A stretch of 64,000 nt of DNA, from the NCBI RefSeq assembly GCF_006345805.1, contig NC_043006.1:68386001-68450000 (forward strand). The letters run 5' to 3'. The stretch is from Octopus sinensis. Taxonomy: Eukaryota. The notes beneath the pieces are model-generated. The model did not search any database. It was not told the origin of the DNA and worked only from the letters and a program-made list of their open reading frames with translations. Made by a program: the position numbers and the translations under genes. Of this stretch, positions 12,546-26,109 are shown in pieces (positions within the stretch are counted from its first letter, which is position 1; each line of letters starts with the position of its first letter).

Positions 12546-13824
12546 GAGACTAACACTGAAGGAGATCCCTTTGTTAAAAAATTCAGTTAAATCTCAAAAT
12601 GTGCTTGAGCTACATGCTTCCACAAAAGACAAAGTGTTCTAGGATCATTTCTAGAAGGTTACCATTATTTAAGTATTCTAGAGTTATTTCAGTTATTTAT
12701 GTTATAAAGGGCTACAATTATTTAAATATTCATATTTTTTTGCAAGGGTCAATATAAAGGGTGCTATTATCTAAGGTTATTTAATTTGACCAGATTTTAT
12801 GTGGAAGAAGAAACTAAAAAGAAGATTATTCTTCAGATCTTGAAACCATGTGAGTTAAAGGAACAGAAACCGGAATCAAATCCTCTGCACATATTGGGTG
12901 GCTGGAGACATATACACATAAGTGTCTCCATGTAATGTTAAAGAGATATTACACTTAGTGAGTACCTGGTGGCTAGGAGACAATCACTTCTAGATTATAG
13001 GTGAAACAATCACTTCTATATTAATTTGAGGCTGATTTGAAAATTTGGAATTTCCAACAAGGAGTAAAGAAAGCTTACAGAATATACATATTTAATATTA
13101 TTTTACCAACAATTTATAAAATTCCAAAAGATTCTAGTCTTTGGTAGTTATGAACAGCACTATTTCATCCTTTTTTGAATCATCAGCATACATTACATTT
13201 ATAGTTTTAACATGTATTGGTTATAGACAGTTGATATTAGAGAATACAGTGTATGAAGGAAAGGCAACCCTAATCAACTTTGTAATGACCACCTGATAGC
13301 AGGACTTGTGAGATTGGTGTAACTGAGCAATGTAATCAAATGAAAATTAACAACAGGGGACAGTGTGAGGACAAATTTACAATATATCTACTGGTTGAGT
13401 TTCTGACAAAGGTGAGAAGAATGGGAAGAAGTTATCCACAAGTCCAGACACCTGGTTTTCTGCTTGTTGCAGAGTGGACTTGGCTAAAGGCACCCAAGGA
13501 CCAGGTGGAGCTGGTGGTGTAAAAAGGAGAGAGAGGGGGAGAAAGAATGAGAGAGAGAGAACAAAATTTAAAATTTCAAGAATGTATGTTTAAACTAACA
13601 TAATACAGAAATATTGAATTCCCTCACCTCCACACTCTAGCATCATTATTTTGAAAACACTGCAGCATTGTGGAGAACAGAAGAAACCATTATACCTCTG
13701 ATCCCTACCATCACCAACCTTTAGAAACAACAAGATGGTCTCTATATGGCTGACTGACTTGATAGAGATAGTAGCCAAGCCTTTCTCCAATCACACCTTG
13801 CCACCTTGAAAAAAAATAAAATAG

Positions 13825-14090
13825 GCACAGGAGTGGCTATGTGGTAAGTAGCTTGTTTACCAACCACATGGTTCCGGGTTCAGTCCCACTGCATGGCACC
13901 TTCAGCAAGTGTCTTCTACTATAGCCTCAGTCCAACCAAAGCCTTGTGAGTGGATTTGGTAGATGGAAATTGAAAGAAGCCCATTGTAAATATGTATATG
14001 TGTGTGTTTGTGTGTATGTATGTAGCTGTGTTTGTCCTCCCACCATCACTTGACAACCAATGCTGGCATGTTTACATCCCCGTAACTTAG
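13825..14090 (+). mobile_element. SINE family A, 3'-truncated
   Basis: ggcacaggagtggctatgtggtaagtagcttg...ggttccgggttcagtcccactg...cccgtaacttag. Confidence 0.8.
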
Positions 14091-14702
14091 AATAACAGAT
14101 GGGAAGGTCATGGTCGGAACACCTAATTATTGATCTGCTGGACTGGGATTGATCTGAGACTATAAACAACATTAGTTATAGCCATCAGTACTAACTACTA
14201 CACTACACATTATTACGTTAGATGATGTAGTCCTTGATACATTAGGTTTGAATAAAAGATGGGATGGTCAGATCCGGAAGAGCTTTAATCATAGGTCTGC
14301 TGCATTAATTTGACCTAGGGACCAAACAGTAAGTTCCTATGATGGTATTTACTGTATTTTCAAAGACATTATTAGATGGAGACAAAAGAAGTGTGAAACA
14401 TCTAGGGAAGAGAAACACAAATTGACATTAATGAGCAGAAAATTCATTTTTAAATACTGAAAGGAAACAGAAGGTTAAAAGCAGCAGAAAGTGGTAAAGT
14501 TCAAAGTACAGCAACAGCAAAAATAACAACAACATTGTTTGGTAGTGAAATAATCGACCACAAAAAAAAAAACAAAAAAAACTTAAGTCTGCATAGATCA
14601 GCTAAAATTACTGAAAGTTGATGGATTATTAACAACATCAGACAGTGCCAAACTTTGGTGACAAAATAATTCTTCCCTGGTAGGAAGTCACTTTACACTT
14701 AC

Positions 14703-14737
14703 CGTGTGTCACTAGTCTGTGAAATATCACTTCTGTC
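14703..14737 (-). CDS. Candidate 35-nt alternative exon (TEVIFHRLVTH), or a 9-nt variant at 14703-14711
   Basis: ccttttgtccctgtaaatag|GACAGAAG...GACACACG|gtaagtg. Perfect donor consensus; open only as phase 2 to 1, which fits the phase-1 PDZ core exon. Confidence 0.3.
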
Positions 14738-15299
14738 CTATTTACAGGGACAAAAGGTTGGTCTGTGTCTATAAGTAGGTGATTTAGCTGTACAGTATAT
14801 TAATAATAAGATGGTGAATGATGTATTTATGGGTGATTTAGCTGTACAGCATATAAACGACAGTAAGGATAGATGGTGTGTATATGATTGATTTAACTGT
14901 ACAGTATCTTGGTTTTGAATTTGGCAACGGCAAGAACAGCAATTTCAGGTGATGGGGTAAGTTCATTACATTTGACCCCAGTGCCCAACCGATGCTTATT
15001 TTATTGACCTTGAAAGGATGAAAGACAAGGTTGACCGTGGCAGAATTTGAACTCTGAACACAAAAAGATGGATGAAATACCACCAAGCATTTTGCCTGGT
15101 GTGCAAACAATTCTGTCAGCTTACTGCCATCACTTATAGTATATTAATGACAACAGGGAGCGGTGTATAGCTGGGTAATTAACTGCACAGTATATTAACG
15201 ACACATCAATTCAAACCCACCAATGTTGAGGTAATTGGGATTTCAGTGTTTTGTGAATAACATTTACAGTTGTCTACCCTGTTTTGGGGATTACCTCTC

Positions 15300-15465
15300 C
15301 TCAATTAAAGGTAAAGTGGTGATTAATTAAAAGGTAGAGTCTTGATTATTAAAGGTAAAGACTTCATTAATTAAAGGTAGAGTGTTAACTAATTAAATGT
15401 AAGAGACACGATTAATTAAAAGTGTTGATTAATTAAAGGTAAAGTGCTGATTAATTAAAGTCTCA
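15300..15465. repeat. About 22-bp minisatellite (ttaattaaaggtaaagtg.tga)
   Basis: About 8 diverged units, each containing taattaa or attaaa. Confidence 0.85.
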
Positions 15466-17744
15466 CTGGTGTGTTAAATATTTACTAAGTGAAGGCTCTA
15501 GTTTGGTTCAGAACCTTGTTGTCTCAACAGATATACATCAATACATAAAGCTGTTGGGTTTAATGCTTGATGGAAGTGAGGGGTGGCGATGGCAGTATTG
15601 ATGATGGTGATGATGATGATGACAGTGGTAGTGATGATGGTGGTAGTAGTGATGACTGCAATGTTTGGTGGTGACTACGATAATGGTGGTGATGGTGATG
15701 ATGATAGAGATTGGTAGTAGTAGTAGTGTTGGTTGAGACTAATAGTGATGATGGTGGTTGTTGTTGTTTAGCCCTAGGCTTACCATAATAGAGCACACAG
15801 AACTACGTAAAAAGGCATCCCAGTCAGGCGAGAGTGGTGGTATTAATAAGGATGGTGGTTCGTGGTGGTAATGATGGTGATATTAATGTAGTTTGTAATG
15901 GTGGTGATGATTGTTGCTGTTGAGCCCCAGGTCAGTGTTTATCAAGCAGACCTATGATCAAAAGTATTCAAGCCATGACCATCCCAGATTTTTACAAAAA
16001 TCTTCACTTACATTTATTAAATGTCATATGAGATTAATGAATTACTGGTGCATTAATAGATTAATAAATTATTAGAGTTTTGTTTCAGTCCTGTGGTGGG
16101 ATTTCACCAGGGGCAAGCAATCCATTTTAACTGTCCTCTTAAAGTATCTATGGATAATTAAAATAAGAACTCAGTCACTGGTGACAGCTCAACACAGGAC
16201 TGAAAGTGGTCCAGCAGCTAAACCCACATTTCCTGTCCACAAACCTATTTTATATAAAGGCAAGGTATTTTCATCATCTTTATACATGCAACATGGGTTA
16301 AAATCTATAGATTCTGTAGTGTAACATCATATAAGATTGAAGGGTCTCATTTGAGGGCAATTTGGGTGCTATTTCTAACAGGTCAAGCATCCATGTAGAA
16401 GCTCCCTTGTAGAGTTATAACAGTATCAGTTATTTGTAATACTGTTGACCTTAATCTTATTGGATGGGGAGGCACTAACATTTGTAGAAAAACGATTAAA
16501 TAACTCAATGTATTTAATATATAGAGCATCAGAAAGCTCTGTAGAAATAATCAATATCAGTCTTGACTAATATATTTTAATTATTTCAGAAAATATGGGT
16601 GACAACTCTGGGCATGTTCCAGTGTTATTGCAACCTTCTCAGTGAAACAGACTTGCCAAAGTATCGTCTGAAGAATCTCAAAGTATACAAGACTATTTAA
16701 TGGTTGATCTTGGAAACTAGCAAGAAACTCGAGAGACACTGCTGACAAGACTAACCCTGATGAATATGTTCTGTGGAAAAGAGAGAACACTTTGTGGGAA
16801 GAAACTGTCTTCCCAAAAGTAGAAACATGTGTGATATATTTATTGTTATCACATCAGAAGTTTAAAAATGTCTGGTGGAGGGTGGGTGGGGCGGATGGAG
16901 TAACATTTAGCAATACATAATCCTAATAAACCACCACTGCCACCACCACCAGTTATATCACTGACCTATATTGCCGTCAGCATCATAACTACCACCATTT
17001 TTATGCAAGTGACACATGTGTACCCACACACTAACCACAGCTGTTACCACTACTGAAGATGTTGGATGTATGGGAAATAGTAGAGCTGTATCAGTTTAGA
17101 TAACAGAGGGAGGAGGTAATGGGTGTTTGGTGTTTTAAGATTGTTTGATGGAATTTTAGGTAAATATCTGTTGTCATTGCTAGTATGCTCTGTTGCTGTG
17201 TGAAGATGAGGCAATAATTACATGCCTGTTAGTCTATATTGTAAACAGAAGGATCAAGATTGGAGCCTGGTGAAGCGATCTGGTTCGCCAGTCCTCAGCC
17301 AAATCGTCCAACCCATGCTAGCATGGAAAGTGGACGTTAAACGATGATGATGATGATGAAATCAGTAACAGGTTGGGGGGTGGATATTATCTGAATATAC
17401 GTGTTGTTGTTGAAAGACTGATGGACATAGAACATGGTGATTGAGAAAGATTGGAGTATTGGTTTATGTAGTAAGGAGAGAGATGACTATGTCAGGATGG
17501 GGATGGGTATCTAATTGGGGGAATACAGAAGATAAGCAAGCAGAGAAGCAGGTAGATAGGAAAAGCCAGTTAAACCTTGAAATAAATGTTTATATTAGGT
17601 ATGTGCCCACTGTGTGATGGAGATGTGACAGAAACAGTGATAGGGACCAGTTACAACAAAAGAAATATTGTCTTAACAGAACCAGAGAAAATTGATGTTG
17701 CTGTTTTAGATAAACGGTGACAAACTTAGCAAGAACTAATGCAC

Positions 17745-18040
17745 CTGGGTTAGTAGTTAAGGTATTTGGCTCATGATCATAAAGTCATGAGTTCGATTTC
17801 TGACAGGGTGTTGATTCCTTGAGCAAGACACTTTATTTCACATTGCTCCTGTTCACTCAGCTAGTAAAAATGAGTTGTACCTGTATTTCAAAGGGCCAAT
17901 CTTGTCACAGTGTATCTCTCTGAGAACTATATGTCTGTGGAGAGCTCAGCCACTTGCACATTAATTTCACAAGCAGGCTGCTCTGTTGGCCGAATCAACT
18001 GGAACCCTCATTGTCGTAACTGACTGAGAGTCAGGCCATA
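17745..18040 (+). mobile_element. Diverged copy of SINE family B
   Basis: Shares tgtacctgtatttcaaagggcca...cttgtcac...gagaacta...tgtctgtggag...ctcagccacttgca with the 3867 copy. Confidence 0.7.
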
Positions 18041-18149
18041 GCAAGAACTTCCAGTCATGCCACTCTTGTTTGACATCAACATTTGACACAACTAACAAGA
18101 CATTCTTGCTATGACAATCTTATTATTAATTGGCTTTTTTTTATATCTA

Positions 18150-18340
18150 AGACAACTGCATTTTCCAGCATACAAGTTGAATATTTTTCAGACCAAGATT
18201 TATAGTTAAAAAAAAAAAAGTAGGCCGACTTATACACCAAGACAACTTTGGAGGACCAAAAATTCCATATGAAATGCAGCAGGATTTGGAAAGGATTGAA
18301 TGTTTACACTTCAGGCCTGCCGTAATGGCATGTAACAAAA
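18150..18340. repeat. Dispersed repeat, possible DNA-transposon end; second copy at about 21860-21990
   Basis: tttcagacca..attt...gacttatacaccaaga.aactttggagg.ccaaaa..tccat.t.aaatgcagca.gatttggaaagg in both copies, same orientation. Confidence 0.6.
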
Positions 18341-20789
18341 ATTCTAGTTACCTGTTAATCCTCTTTATACTTACTTAGTGTTTATATTGAAGTGCAATTA
18401 GAATCATAAATAAAGGTAAATATTAAAAGTCAAATTTGAAATAATTAAACATAATTTCAAGTGAAAACTTATTTATTTTGACTTATTCATCCTGTGGTGA
18501 AATCTTCCATTTCCCTCTGTTGTCTGTGTATGCTCTGGTGATCAGATCCATTCAAACCCTGATGATGTCCCAACTTTCTCAATAAAAGCTTGTGACCGGA
18601 AAAGGCAGGTTGACTTGCATGATGAGTATAGATTACCTCAACTTATACACAATATGTCAACTTGTATGCTTGAAAATATGGCACATTATGCAATGTGTTT
18701 TTAACATGGTGAAGTGTGATTTGAGAGAGATTTGGCTGCTACTTCTAGAAAGCTGACAGACCACATTGGCTCAAGAAAACAAATGTTATGATGTGCTCAA
18801 ACTGATTTTATGTTTAATTAAAGAAAAAAAAAATTAGTGTTATATTTTTTATTAAGAACATCATCCCCATAATCATTATTTGAACAGTGTCTGTGTGTCA
18901 CTATCACATGGACAACAATCCAGTGTCTAGGGCAGGGCTTAACCAATCATGGCTGTAAGTTGTCACAAAATGTTCCATGGTAGGACTATTACCATCACCA
19001 CCACTACCACCACCACCAATACCACAATTGTTGACGATTTCAGGAGAGATGGCCTTTCCACACTCAACCATCATTATCATCATCAGCAGCATTACTGTTA
19101 TTAGCATCATCATCATCATCATCATCACTTACCTTAGCTTTGCAATTAACCTTATAACTCAGATTATCGTCATTATTATCGTTGTTGTTATTATCATTAT
19201 TATTACAATTTATTTTTCTACTACCACTGCCACCACCACCACCACCATCATCATCATTGCCCTATTATATCTGTTGTCCCACTTCCAGATGACAGGATGT
19301 AATTTTCTTCAGTAGAGTTGTGTAAGTCAATCGTTGCCATCACAGAATCTGTATACCACCACCACCACCACCACCACCATCACACAACAACATCAGTGCC
19401 CCACCACCACCACCTCTTCCTGCACCATCAACCAGACTTATCTGAAACATTTCAACTTCCTGCAAATGGAACATACCATAAATACACACACACACACACA
19501 CCACTGCATATGTAAATATATATACACAGGCAACACTTAACAGACATGCACACCATGCTTTTTATACACACAAACTGCACTTCATACATACACCATATTT
19601 TATGCAAACACACACACATCAGGCTTTATATGTGCGCAAACCACATATTATATACATAAACCTTGCAATATATACACATACCACATGTTACATTTCATAT
19701 ACACAGTCTAATCAAACAATCTACCATAGATACCCACCAATTCTACACCCCCACCTCTATAGGCATCCTCATTCTTCTCCCCTTCCACACACATTAATGT
19801 AGACAGGCATATATATATGCATACATACAGAAACATATGTTGACAAACACACAAACACATACATACATACAGATATTCATGTACACAGAGAAACATATAT
19901 ATACACCTATACATGTTGTTCAGGGAAGCATAGTTGTACATATATACACAGACAAATGTAGTCACCTACATGTTATACATGTACACAGACAAACAGAGTT
20001 ACATACATGTAGGCAGATTGACATTCTCAAAATAATTCAACAGAAAATATGTACTGGAAAATAATGGGTTTTGAAATCAATGGTGGGTGAGATGTAGTGG
20101 TGGTAGGGGTACTGTGGTGGTGGAGAGACGCAGTGGCAGCACTGTGGTGTGATAGTTGTGCTGTTGCTGTTGTTAGTGTCTAAGTGAAATACGTGTTTCA
20201 ATGAAGTAACAGTTGAAACATTTCCGTTTTTCTCAAGGCTTAGTACAAAATTTACTGAGTTTATAAGAAAAACTACAGCCCCCACAGCAGCAGAATCTCC
20301 AGTCTCCAGCTGTCATGACATCACAGCCTCTAGTCTCCACACCACTGCAAACTTCAACCTTCAGCCTATAGCCTCTATGACACCTCAACCTCTAGCTCCA
20401 CAACACATCAATATTATTAGAAATAGTAGTAATCGTTTTGTTTATTTCCTGGTCATAAGTTGGAATAACAAACCAAGGAACCACATCAGATTGGTTTTCT
20501 TCCCCACCACACCTATTTCTTACTTTAATTAACCTTGACATCACCTTCACTTCCCCTAACAACAAAAATAAAAATATTCCCAAATTCCATAAATTACCTT
20601 TATATTTTACTTGCTGAGGTCTCTACATTATTGAGTAACTTTTGCCCTTGCTCTATTCTGTTGAGAATGAGTGCTGTATCATCAAGGAAGTCAAGGTCAG
20701 TTATGATGACAGTTGGTACTTGGTATGATCTGTGTCAGTCAGTAGCGAATCCCAAGCTTCATTGCCTGTTACTTGGCACATTGCATAGT

Positions 20790-21360
20790 CCAGGACAAGG
20801 ACAAACAGATGTGAAGCTAGAAGAAAATGGTGTACATATCTTTCAACCAAAACAAAGATCTCAATCTCTGAGCAATGAATGGATCAAAATTGAATGCAGT
20901 TGAGAATTTCAGATATCTTGGTAGTTGGGCAAACAGCTCCAATGTTGACATCAAAGTCAGAAAAGCATAAGCTTCGACATTGTGTCACAAACTCAAAAGA
21001 GTATGGCAGTCAAGACAGTTCCTTGCTACTGTTGAGTTAGCGCTCCTGTATGGCAGCAAAACATGGACACTTACCAAACAAGCAAAGTGGTTAGATGGCT
21101 ACTACATGTGGATGCTACAAATGCCCCTGGATGAAAATAGCAGAACATGACTGATGTGCATCTCTATGGAAGCCTTCCAAAAGTGATCAACAAGATCAGA
21201 GAATGATGTCTCTGCATACCAAGTCATTGCATGCAGTACCAAGAAGAACAAGCATAAAAACTTTTATTCTGGGATCCCTAGCATGGTACTAGCAGAGGAT
21301 TGAATACTATCAATGAACTGAAGGTGCTGATGATAGATCGAGATGCTTGGTGAAATGGCT
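20790..21360 (+). mobile_element. Decayed RTE-clade LINE, RT C-terminal region
   Basis: Translates to VENFRYLGSW (from 20899) and LLYGSKTWTL (21043-21072) followed by WLDGYYMWML, typical post-RT motifs of RTE-type non-LTR elements. Contains stops and frameshifts. Confidence 0.75.
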
Positions 21361-22734
21361 TTGTTTTTGAGGCCTGGGTGTGGGCCTGGCTAAAGTAAAG
21401 TAAATTATCTTTAAAGGGCTGGGTATGAGCCTGACCAAAATTAAGTAGATTATCTAACAGGGTTTTATTAATCAATTGTGGTACTAGAAAACATGTAGAC
21501 TTTTTCCTGGAATTTCAAACATTATCGAATATTTATAAGCAGAAGTCATTAGTGTTAATGAAAATATTTTGTCAGAAGAGGTGGGGGAGATAACTAAGTC
21601 ACCCTTACAGAATTTTTCATTGTCATTATTGGTATAGTAACCTTGACATGGTCACTTAAGTCTCTATTGTATTAAAAAAGACACATTGGTTAGTGTAGTC
21701 TGAGATACACTATGTCTGTAATAAATGATGTAATGCTCATGATTGGAATGTCTAATCATAGGCCAGTAAAAGCATGACTGAATAAGTGTTAAACAAAATA
21801 TATTAATCAGTGTGAATTTGCCTGGGCTTAGTCATATTTCTATTCTATCTTCCAACATACAGATCAAATATTTCAGACCAAAATTTTACATCCAATAAAA
21901 TATAGGTTGATTTATACACCAAGATGACTTTGGAGGGCCAAAAGCTCCATGTTAAATGCAGCATGATTTGGAAAGGTCATGGCAATGTTTGAATGTTAAC
22001 ACATGTTTACACTATTTACTACATTAACTTGTGTGCCAGCAAATATGGTATATCTTACAAAAACCATCTCACTTATATTGGTGCTGCTGCTTCCTTTAAT
22101 CAGCTGCAAATTATTAATTTATTACATCAACTTTTAACTCTTTGACTGTAATGATGTTAATTATTCACAAAAAAAAATTAAAAAAACCCAAAAAGTAAAA
22201 GGATTGATATTTTCTACAATGCCCTTTCAGTATTTCCTCTAGGTGCAGTTTTCATATCTTTCTTCATGAAGAAGTATTTGATGAAATATGTGAAAAAAAT
22301 TAAGAAAATCTGTAAAAATTATCTTTTCTAAAAAAAGTACACCAAGGAGTGTCTCTGCTTCTTGCATCATAAGGAGATGTTTTTTTTCAAAGCCATCTGA
22401 CAAAATCGCATTTCACATTAATAGTAATATAATTTTGAGCAGATATATCTGCTTTCCATGTTCAAAGGGTTATGCTGTGACAATGGTTAAACTGTGACCA
22501 AATGTTATTTATAACTTTACATACAATACATACATTTCACAGTAAAGTAATAAAGTTAATAATAACATCTACACTTTTTCCTTCCAATGAAAATATTTCC
22601 CACACTATATATAGATTTGTTTATCTCATTCTTCTTCCATCTTTTATATCAAGAATACGGATTTGAAAACTTTCTTGTGACAGTTTTAAACATTCTGAAT
22701 AGAAGCAGGAAATATAATGTTGTGGCATCCTGTA

Positions 22735-23240
22735 TATTGCTGTTGGCACACTTGTGTCACTGCTCACGGGGCCCTTGTGTATTACTGGTAGTACACTTGT
22801 GTGATTGTGATGCCTCTGTGAATTGTTGGTGGCACATACTTGTGTCATCATTTGTATCACCTCTGTGTCACTGCTTGTGGGGCCCCTGTGTAAAACTGGT
22901 GGCACACTCATACCATCATTTGTGGTACCTTTATGTATTGTTAGTGGAACACTTGTGCAAGTGTTTGTGGCACCTCTATGTATTGTTGGTGGCACACACT
23001 TATTTGTGGGATCTCTGTGTCACTGCTTGTGAGACACCTGTGTGTTACTGGTGACACACCTGTGCCATCATTTTTGGCACCTTTATGTATTGTTGGTGGT
23101 ACACACTTGTGTCATCATTTGTGACACCTCTGTGTATTGCTGGTGGCACACTTGTGCCACTGTCTTTGGTATCCTTATATATATATATTGCTGGTGACAT
23201 ATTTACGCCATCGTTTGTAGTACCCCTGTGTATAGTTTAT
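22735..23240. repeat. Diverged minisatellite, unit about 43-45 bp
   Basis: Recurrent tgtattgttggtggcacacttgtg.catcatttgtg.cacctct; source of ORFs 22587-23279. Confidence 0.85.
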
Positions 23241-23639
23241 GGTACTCGTACATCTGTGGGTAAACGTGAACCTAAATAAATAATTTCAGTAAAGAAAGGA
23301 TTACTTCATACAGCAGTCTCAACAGAGTTGGTTGGAATATCTTTATGTTAATGAGATAAACAGACCCAGTAATGAGTGGCGCATTATTGGAACCTAAATA
23401 ACAACAACAACATTCACCAGAAATAGGTGTCTCGCTTCCAGCAAATAATGGATTACATTGTTTAGTCAAGTCAGATGTTGAAGGAGTTAAACTTTTAACG
23501 GATTACAGCAGAATTTTAATTCTTTTCTTTATTTCAAAGCTGATACTAATTGACTTGGTTTTGTGACAAATTAATTAATTAAAGAAGATTTCCAGAAAGT
23601 GTGGATAATGTTATGGCGTAACTAGTTCTGATTTGATAC

Positions 23640-23860
23640 ATGTACTGATCTGCTGTTATGACACATGTAGCATTATATTGAGACACATGAGGTGTTCCAT
23701 TATGACACATGGGGCATTTGATTGTGTCACATGCTGCATTCAACTGTAACACATGTAGTGACTTGTGATACATCCAGTGATCTGTTGTGGCATATGTAGT
23801 GACTTGTGACATGTCCAGTGACCAGTTGTGACAATTTTAGCAACCTGTTGTGACAACTCT
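23640..23860. repeat. Diverged short-unit minisatellite (about 20-22 bp; gacacatg / gtgacttgtga)
   Basis: Periodic acacatg and tagtgacttgtga motifs. Confidence 0.65.
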
Positions 23861-24564
23861 AAGCATTCACTTGACCTTCAAGAAGTAGAATCTATATCTC
23901 CCTCAAATCACATCTTACAAGAAAAGAAAGATACATTGACCAGTATAGTCCTAGATAAACAAAAAGTTGGGTGGTCATAGATGGAATCTCTTTGATCACA
24001 CAACTTCTCAATCAGGGCAGAGCTTTTGTTTAATGTCTAACCTAGAGGATGGAAGGCAGCCCCCATGACTGTTTTCAGGATCTTCATGAATAGTGGTGGA
24101 AGGGGAGAAGAGGTTACTTTTCTATAACTTTTCATCAATATTATGCTACCATATATATGCCTGAAACATTTACAGAACTAAATCTGAGCCAAAAGAAGTG
24201 CCTCAATGTGCTAAAAATAGTAGCCAAATCTCCATTGAATCAGACTTCACTGTTTTAAAAATCAAGAACATATGAGATAATGTAGTCTTAGAAGCACTTG
24301 TCTAAATAAAAGACGAGATGGTCAGGGGTAGAATGTCTTTGATCATAGGTCTGTTCACTCGGGGATGAACTGGCAGTAAACATCAGTAGCAACACAATCC
24401 ATTTTTTATCACAAAAATTTTTTTTTACAGATGAGATTTCTTTTTCATTTCCTTCTACATCTTGTATCAGTGGACAAACCCATAGCCTATATCTTTAGCA
24501 CTTCACAATAGTTGAAAGATAGAAAAGGAAATGGAAAGAGTCTACAGTATGTAAAAATAATTAC

Positions 24565-24601
24565 CTTCCGGATCATTTTCATCTGCTATGCTTGCTCCAT
24601 C
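24565..24601 (-). CDS. ARHGAP21: Short coding exon in the PDZ loop (DGASIADENDPE)
   Basis: tgatttctatttgcag|GATGGAGCAAGCATAGCAGATGAAAATGATCCGGAAG|gtaatt; 37 nt, phase 0 to 1, open in frame 0. G+TA gives Val with the next exon. Same position and phases as the short acidic (DEEN..) exon of vertebrate ARHGAP21, recalled from family knowledge. Confidence 0.75.
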
Positions 24602-26072
24602 CTGCAAATAGAAATCAGTAATTAATAATTAAATACAACTCATTAATTAATAATTATAATAATTACATAATAAATAAATATAAACATATAGGCACATACA
24701 TGGCTGCATGGTAAAAAAAAGTTTGCATTCCAACCACATGGTTTTCATTTTAGTCCCTATGCAGGAACTAAAAGCCTGTTGTCTAGACAGTGTGTCTTTT
24801 TGTTTTGACAGCAATCAATAGTTGTAAGTGAGCAACACTAACTGACAAGTGGTGGTGTTCATTTTCAATGAACATGAAAACATGTCAAGCCATGGAGAAA
24901 TATTGCTTGGAGTGACAAGAAATACATCTAACCATAGAGAATCTCAGCTTCAATGAAATTTATCTGACCCATGCAAGCATGGAAAAGTGAGTATTAAAAA
25001 ATGATAACAAAGATTGTAAACTTTGTAAATTATTCAACAGGTGCAATATGAAAGCCACTTTCTGAACTGTAGGAAAAATCGTTCAGTTTTATAACCATAG
25101 AATCCTTTTAAACAATACACATTAAAGAGGAAATAAAAGTTAACATAAAAACACTGTGAATCTGGCTGTTACAACTGAAGAAAAAATAAGAGACAGAACT
25201 GTGTGTTACATTGGTAAAAGAAAACTGATTTAAAAACTGACAATACCAACATATGACATCTTTCAGACACTATCACAAAGAAAACTCCATTTCATTCTCA
25301 AAGCAAATTTGGAAAAAGAAAGATAATGGTGACTGTCCCAAGACAGCACTCCTCTCTCTCTTTTATAATGTGAGTTGATGTGTAGCTCCCTTAAGCAAAA
25401 AAAACCTGTTCTGTTCTGGCACCTTCCCTCTCACTTGAACCCCTCATTCACAGCATAAAGTCACCTTCCTCCCTACTGTAGACACTCAATCCTTCCTCTC
25501 TACTGTAGACACTCAATCAAAAGGGGTCACAGTCTTGCAGGATGTACAGTGACCTCACTGGAGGTGGTGTTATAAAAAAAAAAAAAACAACCCTTAGAGC
25601 ATGCAGTAAAGTGGTTGGCATTAGGAAGGGCATCCAGCTATAAATACCAGACCGAAGGAGACACTGGAGGGCAATGCTGTCTTCAAACCTGTCAGATCTG
25701 GTCAAACCATTTGGCTCATGCCAGCATGGAACATGGGCATTAAATTATGATGTATGTGTGTCAAGTATGCATGCATGCATGTATGTATGTATGTATGTAT
25801 AGCGTATTGAAGCTAACCAAGATCAGCATGTTTAAACAGTTATATTTTATGGTATTGAGTACTTTTTCTCTTCTTAGTTAAAACACACATACATATACAT
25901 ACACACACATGTAGGGTTATATAATACAATTCACAAGGGTGTAGGGCTACATAACCTGTTGTAATAGGGTGGAGGGTTGGGGTGGGAATGGTGAAGGGAA
26001 ATAGCGTGTAAATAAAATGGTGGTAGTGAGTGGGGTGGAGGACAGGAAACAGGTCAAAGGAACATTTAATAG

Positions 26073-26109
<37 letters not shown>

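Noticed and set aside
13417-13525. Coding-looking stretch (AEWTWLKAPKDQVELVV)
   Set aside because: Antisense to the host gene and short, with no family I can name; possibly a TE fragment. A translated search would decide.
22735-23240. CRISPR-like array
   Set aside because: Eukaryotic context; units are diverged tandem copies without unique spacers; no cas genes.
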